A stretch of DNA of 64,000 nt, taken from the NCBI GenBank assembly GCA_964583975.1, contig CAZOXU010000003.1:7805-71804 (forward strand), read 5' to 3'. The stretch comes from an uncultured Planctomycetales bacterium. Its GTDB lineage: Bacteria > Omnitrophota > Gorgyraeia > Zapsychrales > Fredricksoniimonadaceae. Shown here one piece after another: positions 29,401-41,400 of this stretch (positions are counted from its first letter, which is position 1; the number at the start of each line of letters is the position of its first letter). Below the pieces are notes generated by a model, which searched no databases, was not told the DNA's origin, and saw nothing but the letters and a program-made list of their open reading frames with translations. The position numbers were made by a program, and so were the translations under genes.

Positions 29401-32400
29401 TTGAGCTGGCCTCACTTTTGGATGGTTGGCCTCTATTTAAACTTTTTGAATTCGATGCTTCAGGAATACCGATCATATATTCCCCAAAGAAAGGATCATT
29501 GCGAATAAGTTCTAGAATTCTTAAAACATCTCTAAATGGTATGTCTGCACCTTCAGCGAGACTTCGTTCGGTTGCGAAATCCCCGTTCACAAGCATGAGA
29601 CGCAGAATTCCTTCTGCTGCTGTCTTGTCGTCTTCTGAAAAACTTTCTAAGATTCTGGCAACCACTTCTAAAACACGCTCAACAAATCTTTCTGGCATAG
29701 GCTCACGTCCATCACCACGATTTAGCTCTGCATGCCTGAACTTTCCAAACAAAATTTGGAAATGGTTATACGTGACTCGCCTAACATCTTTGAACCAAAA
29801 TTGCTTTCGAACGTCTCTCGGATTTAATCCAGCCTCCTTTAGAAAATTGTCCCAAGATCCAAATTCACGGATAACTTCGATAACAATTAATTTCCCATCC
29901 AAACGAATGTTATGCATTTTTCTATCTGCTATAGAACCTAAGAACACTGCGCTATGCTGCTTCATGGCATATGAAGCAAGAGCCACCTGTCCTTGTGCTA
30001 AGGTTTGGATAATTTCAATTAACTCTTGATATCGAATATGTTTTCTAGATTCGGCTTTTGCCTGAGCCCAGGAGGTAAAAAACTTCTTTGAGACAACTAT
30101 TTTATATAAAGCCTTGCCGCTAACTGGCTGTTTAAACAATTTTGTTAACACAGCTTTAACCTTACCCTCTGGATCACCCTTAATGATACTAGGGCATAAA
30201 TAGAGTGGATCTAATTCTTTAGAAATTGCACCGATGGCCTTTAAGATTTTATTCTTTGACCACCGAATAGTCTTTGGAGCTTTTCGTATGTCTTTAGGAT
30301 TAAGTCCTAACTGTTCCAAAAACTTATCCCAAGATTTAAAAATACGTCCCACAGCTAAATAAACAGAATTAGTGCTAACTTTCTTAAGTTTATATCCATG
30401 TTCTTCTAGATAGGCTTTAATTAAAATCTTTAATTGATCGTTCTTATTCTTCTTAAACTCATATAAATTTAATTGAGCATTCTGTGATACTAAATACCTA
30501 CCAATATTAATAAGTAGCTCGTGTGTCCAGAGTTGCTGATGTGGCTTTTTAATATCTTTTTGATATTCGATTTTTTCTTGGGCAAGTGCTGTATTCACAG
30601 CTTTTTCCCAAGAACAAAGTTCTTTATTGTGGCGAGAAGCTTGATACAAAGACAAACCATTAAGTGGTTTTTCAAAATGCTTTGTTAAAACATCTTTTAC
30701 CTGTACCTCCTTACAAATAAAAGTGTTATTCAAAGAACTCAAACCTAACTGCGTACGTATAACCACAATTGCTTCAAGAATCTTCTGGGTGGTCCAAAAT
30801 TTCTTCCTTCCTTTCTCTTGTGCTCCGACCCAGGCATTTTGTGGATCAGGAACTTGGGTAATATCTATGTAGTGGATTTGTTCTTCGGTTGAGAGTGCTG
30901 CGTATTCTTGAGGAGTGATTAAGTGCCAGATGGCTTCGCCTTGGTCCGTCTTAAATCCAGTCAATTTGACAAATTTAAGCTTATCCTTTAATCCACTTTG
31001 ATTCTCTATCCATCGAATAACAGCATCAATCTGTTCAACAAACTGTCCGCGATTTCTGACAAACTTACGAGCACCGCTATCTCTAAATGCTTGCTGTCTT
31101 GTTTTATTAAGATGTTCTAAACCAAAGCTCGAAACATAGCGATCAACGCAAGTCGAAACTACAGAGGATGCAAAACGCCATTCCTCTGGCGTATTAATGT
31201 TTAAAACATCATCTTTTTCTGTTGAACAATAAAAACTAGCCATGCCAAAACCAATCATCCCCTTCCATCTTGCTACCCTTTGATTGATTCTACCCATTGC
31301 CAAAGGATCCTCGGGCAACAAAGGACGAGGATCATCAGATGTTTTGTTAGGTTGTAAAAGTGATCTTATTTTATGAAAAAGATTCTGCAGACGATAAGCC
31401 CAGCGACTCACAATAAATACACCCGTCCAAATTTCATCAATCTTTTCAAGTTGATGCGCATCATAACTGGTGCCATTAGGTAGGGTAATTTTTTGATTGG
31501 TCGAACGTAAATAATCAATCTCGCTTTGGGCAATGGTAAATTCAACTTCTTTCCAAGAATTGCGTACGACACGATCTTCTCCATGTGGATGCGAAACAAC
31601 TGTACTTAAAGCCATAAACGGTGGTGAACGGCCTGAAGAATTAAAAGCACTGTGCTCTATGAAATTGCGTAATGTTTCCTGGCTACGAATAATCGTGTCG
31701 CCAGGAGCAACTACAATTCGCTTGGCCGAAGTTGGAATAGCTCCTTTAGCACTAAATAAGGCATTGCTAACGCCCATTTTAGCAGTTGTAACAAAAACAT
31801 TGCCAGAGCCGCTAATTGCCTCTTCAAAAACTCGATGGTATTGAGGTCTAACTACACTAATTGTTCTAATACCTATTTGAGCTGCTGTGCCATTGATATA
31901 AGAAATCAGGGGCTGGCCTCCCACAGGAATCAATGGCTTAGGCAGATTAAAACCTAGGGATTGGATTCGTTTACCTTCACCTGCAGCCAAACGTATAACA
32001 ACCCAGTCTTGAGGATCAATCTCTTGCTTCTTATCTTCTTCAAAGGCATGGCGCAGGTCTTCACGGGACAATTTACCGAACTTCATACAGCTGAAATTCA
32101 AAACGACGTTATTATTCTTTCTTTTAGCATCTTTTAATCTTTGTCGATCTCCTTTGTGTTCTAGTGCAATGCCCCCTAATTCCCATATAAAAAATATTAA
32201 ACCTACAATGATTTTGGAAAATATGCTTTCCCGATGACCTTTTTCAAGAGGAGTAAAAGAACGATAAAATACATTGGCTATTCTCGTAATAAGGCTGGCC
32301 CTATGGTACAAGAATAAATCTGCTTCAATTCCCCATTCAGACAAATATTCCAAGCTCTGTCCCTCTAAGATCACGATCTTCTTGGTTTTATCGACAAGAA

Positions 32401-35400
32401 ACGTTCTTGCATCACGCAGATAATCTTCCCAGACCGCATAACTATTCGTAAGATTTAAAACTTTGATCTCATTAGCTGGAATACCAGACAGACCGCTACT
32501 GAGAATCTGGGATAATGTTGATTTTCTCGTTCCTCTTTCTCCTGCGATTACAATCACATACGGTCTTGTTATTTGATCCTCAGATATGGATATTTTCCTT
32601 ACACCATCAAGTATCCTGTCGCGGATATTGCGCAGAATCATGAGTTGGTCATCCTTATTATTAAATCGGTGATGAATGTAGGTGGTGATCACAAAGGCGA
32701 AACCTTGCCGGAAACCGAATTGCGGGAAGAATAAAATAGCTAAATAATTAAACAAAGTAATAAACAAAATATTATGCCATGGTGGTGGCTGAGGAGCATT
32801 TTTCGTACGCACAAAATGCAATGCAAAAAACACACTCCATGTGACTAGTGTTGCCAACCATACTGGCCATACGATCATGAGCACTAGATTTGCGCTCCAA
32901 CCTAATACTTGCTCAATCCAGGCTTGATGCTTACGATTAACACCCAATCGGTCTAATACAACTGTCAGCAATGGGATCATCCCACCTGTTGGTTGATCTT
33001 CTTGAGAGTTTTTGATTAAATTTCTCCAATCGATCCCTTCACTTTCAGCAATAGATGTCAAGAATACCGATACTCGTCGTCGGTTTATAACAGTAGAGGT
33101 GACATCATCATTATAAAAAACCCTGTCGTTATTTATCTTCAACAATCTTTTGATCATCGTTTTCGATAGTCTTTTTAATCCATGTCTCACACTCAGCGCT
33201 TGGAATATAATTTCCAATTGTGAGCCTGACAATCGAACAGAAGATTCATCAATAGCATCTGCTCTCCTTACATGCTCAGCAAAATCTTCCTCTGTTTTCT
33301 CAACAGCTGGAATTTCTTCACCCACCATCTCTCGCCAATTAATTCTTAAATGTTCTGCAACTAAAATCACAAATGCGCAGATGTATTGCAATTTTTCTAA
33401 AGAAATACCTAGAGAACGGACAAAAGCTCTATCAACGACAAGTTGAGGCACGCCTAAAATGTAAGCAATCATTGATCGCTGCAAGAATTTGAATTTTGTC
33501 ACAGCATTAATGCTTTCAAGAATTCGTTCTAACTGAACAGGTTCTAAGATAGGAGTTTTGGGTGCTCTTTCGCGTGCTGGCTTAACAAACGTTCTAAAAA
33601 ACTTAACCAATTCCATTCTTTGTTGGGACGCTCTTTTAGCTGAAGGCCACAAACATGGACTTAAGCTTTCAATAGTAGTTTTATAAAATTGAATAAGCCT
33701 GAGACGGAATTCTTTGTACTTTTCTCCCGTTGTATCAGACTCTATTTCCGACAACATTTTCTCATTGATGCCTATCCTGTGAGCGATATCCTTATTTTTC
33801 AAAGATTTATCAAACAAAAGCTGAACAAAAGATCTTATGAAAAATAGCTCTATTCCTCTTAATGAGTTGTTTTCAATGATATCTTCATCAGCTTTCTCAA
33901 GACCTAAAATCCTCTTCCAAGGAATACGATTGGTTTCAGTGAGAGCGATCAGGGTTTGTGTGACGCGTTTTTGACGTTCTAATACTGCAGCAGGTCCCTT
34001 ATCCTTAATATTCGTCAAAAGATACGTTTGTACTCCTGCATGTTGGGCTATATCAGCCTGGGTCAAGCCTGCTTCCATGGAAAGAACCTTAAATAAAACA
34101 ACAAGCTGTTCTTGAGTAAATACCAACACTGGAACTTGCGCCTCTACTTCCTTTTCCAATTCATCTAATATCCCCATCCACCTTAGACGAACTTCTTCTC
34201 CGGCTTGATATAAATCTTTTGCATTCTCTGTGCGTCGAACACCAGCAGAAGAATATCCTAATTTTTCAGCCATATAATCAGTTGATACATATCGCAAAGT
34301 CTGTTTTATTTTTAAACGGCGTTCTCTTAATTTATTTCCATCTTGTACCACCACCTTAGGTGATTCTGCTGCAATTGAGACGACCGATACTGCTTGAAGT
34401 TGAGTAGGCAAAATTTCAGTAACCTTTCGGGAAACTAAGGCTTCTTCCTGCTGACGAATTCTATCTTGTTCAATATGTTGTAATTCCCTGATTCTTACTA
34501 AGATTCCTTTTTCTCTTAATAAACTCTCTAAAACGTGATCATCAGAGATCTGTAATATCTGCTTAAACATATCCCAATCAAACCTGGCTTCATCGGTAAA
34601 GATGCCAATCAAGACTTCAGGAGTAAATTGGTGCGGATCTCGATGGTCGCGTTTTCGTTGCACGTCCTGATGGGCTGCTCGTTGTCGACCTTCGCGTTGG
34701 TTTTTCTTCCATGTGGCACCAACCAAATCATTCGAACCTATCATTCCACGATATTGAGAAAATGGAAGGTAGCCATTCTTTGCGCTTCGGCTATAAATCA
34801 TATGCCAACGATTTTGGCCTACTTTGCGAATATAAATGTGCTCCATATCTAGTTTTAATCTTGTAAAAACATCGATGACCTTAAAGAAATTCAAATAATA
34901 CTTCTTACCTTCTATGGTAATGGAGAAGTGTTTGAGATAGGTCAGCGCTTTGTGATTAGCATCTTTAACTTTTTGACTCTTCAATACTAAACAAAGTGCT
35001 TCATAAGCACAGTTTTGTTCATACATTTTCTCTTTTTTCTTATCGGCAACTATTTTCTCTTGCTCTAAAACTTGATCGATATTAGGAATCTTTGCTCGGC
35101 CGCTTTTCATAAGCTCCCAAGCTTGTAGTTTTAACCACTGGGCATCGGCTTTATTGATAATCGTTCCATTGCATACAGCCACTAAATAAGCTTCTGGCCA
35201 ATCTCTTTGGGCAGCTACATCAGCCAAACTGTACCCATACTCCCTAAATGTTCTGGGAACCCCTCTTAAATCCATAGCATCAAATTCTTTATAATCAATA
35301 GTTGGTACAAGACCTGTGGGAGCTGCCTTAGGTTCTGTTTTGATCTCTTCTTTAGGTTTTACCTTGGGCTTAAGTATCACAACAGACTTTTTGATATCAG

Positions 35401-38400
35401 GCTTTTTATCAGCTTTGGGTTGAGGTTCAGTAGGCTCACGTTTACGTTGAACCGATTTTGGTTTAGGTACTCTAGGTGGTTGTGGACGAGGGAATTGTGG
35501 CCTTAAACTCAATTGCTGTGAATCAGCCGCTGGATTAGATTCATCAGTCCTCTTGGCTCTACCCAATATAATATCCTCCAAAGCTTCCTTGATGCTTTTA
35601 AGCAGAGCTTCATCTCGCACAAAATTATTAATCAAATTCCTTATAGAAAAATCTGGTACATTTAAGCGTCTAGCAACACGCGTAAGCATCTCACCCTGTA
35701 AAAAAGGTTTTAATTCAGGACCTGTCTTGATCCTTATAATTTCATCTAAAGAAATTCTATCGGCACCGATCCAGGCATTGCGGGGGAATTGGTCGAATGG
35801 GATTGCATCTTTCAAATCATTCTGACTTAAATTAATCCTAGAAAGATCCTGACAATACGTAACGTGAAAATGATTTATGATTATTTGATGATCAAAAGTC
35901 TCAAGCAAGGTGGGTTTGTAATAAAGAATACCGGTAGATAAAATGACTACAAAATGCTGCGCATCATCGCGCCTGATTTTATACAGCTTTAGCTGACTAC
36001 CAAATGTCTGCTGCATTGCGTCCCAAGCGAATCCTGATAACATCAAGACCCTCTTGTTACCATCTTTAAGGGTCACAATATTGATCTGATCTACCGGAAT
36101 CTTGGCCTGATAATGTCGGACGATTGTTCGGAGCTCTGGCTCGGTCACATCAATTCTTTGATGCACTGCCTGCGTGTATGCCATTACCTGACAATTCTGA
36201 TACAACAAAGCCAAAACATCTAAACCATCTAAGTAATGATCAGGGATTCTTTCTACCGCATCGATATTCTGTGCACCTATAAACGCACGCGCTGATTGAT
36301 CGTCTTTTATATTTTGATAAGTATCCCACAGTGAAATGTACATATACTTATTGGCTAAATCCGTATGATAAAGAATTCCCTTCTCAAATGTTAAAGGATT
36401 AATGGTGATAAACACTTTGCGGGCGATTTCTTCGGTCAATACATCTCCTACTTTCTCAAAAACCTCGATGATATCGTAAATGACGCGATGGTTATAGCTA
36501 TGAGCCGTAACCTTTTCCCTGATTTTCTGGGCAATGTCTGTGTATCCCAACTGCTCCAAAACTACTTCCAAGCAATTTTTGAGCGGCAGCCATGTTGCTG
36601 GAGCTTCCAAAAGATACAAGGCTGTCTTTTTGTTTGTGTCCGGATAAACTCTACAGGGACAATCAGCCGCTGATAAAATCTGCGTAATTACCTTTTGCAT
36701 ATCACCCGTGCTATTGAAACGGTTCCTCAATAAAACTTTCCCTCCTTCTTTTAATACCAATGGTAAATCTCGTACAAACTGGACTAAATCTTCTGCATAA
36801 AAATCTACCTGCCATCGCGAAGCATATCCTGCATATGGCCGGCGTTGTGTTATGTACTGGTCTAATTTATGTGCAAGCTCACTGCCTTGCGCATACTCGG
36901 GCATGGCCCACAATATTCGGTCAAACTTATTCCAAACGCCGCTTTGGATAAACTCAGAAGGATACAAACCTGTCTGTGCTTCGACCATGAATCCGCCAAT
37001 GCGTGCAGATACTTTTATATTGGCTGTTTCTAATGAATTACGCGCCAGAACATGAACAGGTCTATCCATATGTAAAGATGCCAACCAGACATTAATACCG
37101 AAGCCTGGCTCGATAGCCAAGACATCCCCACCCGTAACAAAATCAAATGATTCTGGATAATTCTGATCCTTTCCTATCCAACGAGATTTAAAGCTCGAAG
37201 GTGGCAATACTGTTGGGAAGATGGGAAACATCATGCGGTGTAGGCTAGTGGATGAAGCGCTTGCCTTGAGATGCTCATAACCCTGGGCATCAAATTCCTG
37301 CATAGTAACTAACGACGTTTTTTCATCATATTCGACATATACAAAAGGTTTTCGCTTGCCTCCAATGGGGAAAATAATTTGGCCTAAAGACTTATCCTGG
37401 ATATATTGCGCAATGATGCTTTGGTCGCTGGCATACTGCTGAGCTAAGGCTGCCCATTGCTTGGCTGCGCCAAGTCTCATGGAAGAAATTTCAACATAAT
37501 AAGGACTTAAATCAAAATAATGAGGGTATTCATGATGTTTTCCAAGCAGAAGCTCCCTGAGCAGAGATTCACAGAGAACAGGAAAGACAGCAAGCAATCG
37601 ACCATCCGATGAGAACAATAAATCAAAAGAATCAACTTCTTTCGAGTATCCAAAATCGGATAACTCGTTATGTAACAACTGGATTCCTGTGGGAGGTCGA
37701 GGAGGATACAACTTCTGCTCAACCTTCATACGTACCACCATCTCACCAGCAGACATATTTTCTAGACCCAATGTTTTGATCAATTCAGCCGCGACACTTT
37801 CACCCCAAGCTTGATACAAGGCTGGCACAGTCTCTGGAAAACTACGTACAGTCTTAGTAAAACGGTACAAACCTATTTGATAATTACGTCCATTCTTAAT
37901 CTTAACCGATGCTACCTCCTTCATATCAAAAAGATACTCTTCAGCCAAATCTTTAAGAACTTTCTCGCCACGCCGCGGAAAAATTAAATAGATCTCACCT
38001 TTGTCTCGTAGAAATATGGGAGCTGTTTGAAGGAATCGACGTAAAGTCCTATAGTCACTATCAACAATCGCCATATCAAAATACGACAATGGTATGGCGC
38101 CATTTTCATTAGGGTACCATGGCGGATTCCAAAGGATTCGATTAAATCGCTCTCCTTCTTTAACTGGCGCAAAAAGATCACCTTCGCGAACTTCAACCAT
38201 CGTAAAATTACTTAACAAAGCAGCAGCCTCAGATACAGATCTTGGATTAATGTCTATTGCTACATACGTTACATCTTTAGATTGTGTTTGTGTAGCCATC
38301 GACTTGGTTAATTCACCTGAACCTGTACCCATTTCTAACACATGTTCGCCCGGTTGAATCAATGAGGCTAATTGCCTTTCTACAAGTCCAATAATATGAG

Positions 38401-41400
38401 GATCAGCCCGTAACACTGAATCATTGTTCTTTAAAAAGAAATCGGGTTGTTCAATTAAATCAGCGAGTTCTTCAACAGCGCTTTTCTTGTGCAAATGCTT
38501 CATACCACGCTGGCGCACCAGGAAGCTAGTAATTTCACTAGCCAAGAAATCTAAATCTTTTTTACTTAATTCCAGACTATTAAGCTCAATAAAGTTACGT
38601 TGCACAGTTTCATCTCCTGGAGCGTGTAAAAATCTTTCTTTAAATCCTTTTCTTAACTTCAAAAGCTTTAATCTTAAATTCTGCAAGCGTTGATCCCACT
38701 TATAATCCGGCCACAGTTCGTACAGATTACGTAAAACTTTTCCTTTTTTCGATGAATAAAACAATAGCAGCGGCACCAAGTAATCTTCGACATTGTGATA
38801 TCCGATTTGTTCGCCCAAATCTACCAACACCGCTCGACCATCTCTTAGATTACTATCAAAGAATTTCTGAGGAATATGCAGCTCATCAAACATAATAAAG
38901 GATTGCTCAAGCATTTGCTTTGCTACCTTCCCTATCTCTGGAGCCCTCCACACCTCTGGATACTTCATAACAACATTTCCACGATGGAGATCATATGGTG
39001 CGACAAAATCTTTTGTTTTTCCCTTATTTAATTCAAAGAAAACATTCATCAGAAGAACAAACACTTTATCGGCAAAAACCGGATCGATGTATTTAGTCTT
39101 TTGAATTTCTCGAATAGGTCGTCCATCAATTAATTGTTCTAATGAGACAATATAATGAGGCCCTTGGATAGGTTGAGTGCGGACCTTTCCAAATTTACCT
39201 TTTTTCTTCTTCTCGACGTAAATAACCTTTGAGATTCTGGGAACTAAGCCACTGTGTTCCAGTCTTTGGTGGGCCTCGAGCTCTCCTGGCTCATACAATG
39301 GCAAACCACGCCTTACGTCAGTTTTAATTAAAAGTTCAAATGTATAGTTCAAACCCTGATCATTCCGTAAAGTAACTGCATAAACGTCTTTGCGCATTCC
39401 GTACCCATGTAACCCCAGACCAACATATACAGTTCCCATAATATTAGGATTCTGCAGAATACTTTCGAGACGATCTTGGAAAACACCACGACCAAACTGA
39501 AGAATATGTGTAACTAACTCTAGAGCAAGGCTAGTGTCTTTTGTAACGTCTTTTAGGTCGATATCCCTAACAATTTTGAAACTGCCTATCGGGCGGGGTT
39601 CATCTGGAGGCTGACCTTTAGACTCCTCCGCCCCGATGTAATCTGTTAAAGGAAGATCGGTAAGCAATTTATTTGGCTCATTCCAAACATTTTTATCCCA
39701 CGATGTTGCATGCAGCCTGCCATTCTGAAATGTCATAACATAAATCCTCTGCAATAATTTAGGCGCATGATTTTTTAAAAACTCGACTATAAAATAAACT
39801 TGAAAATACGGATGCCCATCAATGACTCGCACATTTCGCAGTTCGTTTGAATAGATATATTTATAAAATCGGCGTGCAAGATCATCGGATACTTTCATCA
39901 ATATCTTAAATACACAGTTTCGGCAATTACGCCACTCTTGCGAATCTTCCTCAGGTTCTAGATTATCACTCGTTGTTCTTATATCTAAATATCCGTCATC
40001 TAACAAATCCCCATCATATTCATCTGAGGTGATTGCAGCCGGGTTCGTGCTTCTTTCAACAACATCTATTGGCCGTATAATTAGGTAAGGTTTTTCTATA
40101 GAATTATTATTGAGTAAACGAACAACTAAACTTTCAATCAATTCAAGTCCTAAGAATAAGATAAAAAGTATGAACCCTCCTATAACATAGGTAGAAAGGA
40201 CAAATTGGAAAGGAAAGATCGATGGGGGAAGAGGTTCCAAATATATCCAATCGTTCAATATGCTCAATACAACAATACTTATCGCTACAGGTTCTGCCTG
40301 TATCTTTTTACCCCAAATAAGAAACAAGCTAGATATAACTCCCACAATAGCTATAGGTAAAACCATGTTGGGCCATATCCAGAAAACTCTTTCAGGGACA
40401 GTGACCAAAACGATGTTTTCACTACGAAAATCTATGAGTTTATCAGTCCCTAGAACTATGGCCCCTACTAATAACGATTGAATAGTCGCAATAATGAGGC
40501 GATGTAAAATCTTAAGATCCTTGATACTCTTTTCAACATGAAATGTGTTAAGGAATGCTTGCCACCACAAATTAACCTTCCAGGGGAATAGTTGCGGCAC
40601 GCCACTTTGCTGATAGATGTGATAAGCTAGACCGAAACGCTTACCAAGCTCCTTTTCTTCTTGAATCGTGTGATAATAAGTCTGTATGACCGCAACAAGA
40701 CATAGAGCAAATAATAATACATTAGGATATATTAAAACCATCGACCCCATCATCAACGTCTGTAAGAAATATTGTGGATGGCGCACTAGTTGATATGGTC
40801 CATAGGTGATCGGTTGACCTTTATCAATACGCATTCCTTCTTGGCGGGTTTTTGAAAACCATCGATTAAGTTTTACTAAGGCTGCTGTACTTAAAACCAT
40901 TAACGACATGCCAATAGTAAAGGTGCTCCAATTAAATCCTTGTAAAATTCCTAGACTGGAAGATTTTTCTAACGGCAAAGCCATTAAAATCCCACTCGAC
41001 ACTTTTTGGTTTCTGTCCGGCGGGCCGCGCTGTGAGGCAGAATCCCCTACCCCTGTCAAACCAGAATAACTTCTATGTGTAATTCTTCTTTTTAATACCG
41101 CTAGAATAGAGACCTTTAAAGCCCTCCATGTAATTAGGGCCATTAATCCCAAAGACCAATGTTGAATTTCGAAATTGTTGCACCTGATGATTTGCTGCAA
41201 CATTCTTCTTATTTCAGAAGAATCAGAAATGGTTGAACTTTTAAACTCTACCTTTGTTGCAAAAATTCCAAGCACTCCTGGTTTCCTTCTTAAGAGTGAC
41301 TCGGGCAGGCGTTCCGGAAAGAATTTTTTCCAAAGAGGACGGTATCCAAAAATTGCCATGTCACCTTTGAGTATATTAAAAATCTGAGGAAGCTCGTCTA

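Noticed and set aside
29292-30029. 245-aa plus-strand ORF inside the giant gene (also 51456..51845, 52764..53060, 54041..54396, 46755..47072 and similar)
   Set aside because: Serine- or cysteine-rich low-complexity translations, antisense to clearly coding giant-ORF sequence and without recognisable motifs. This contrasts with the PIN/antitoxin pair at 44.3-44.9 kb.
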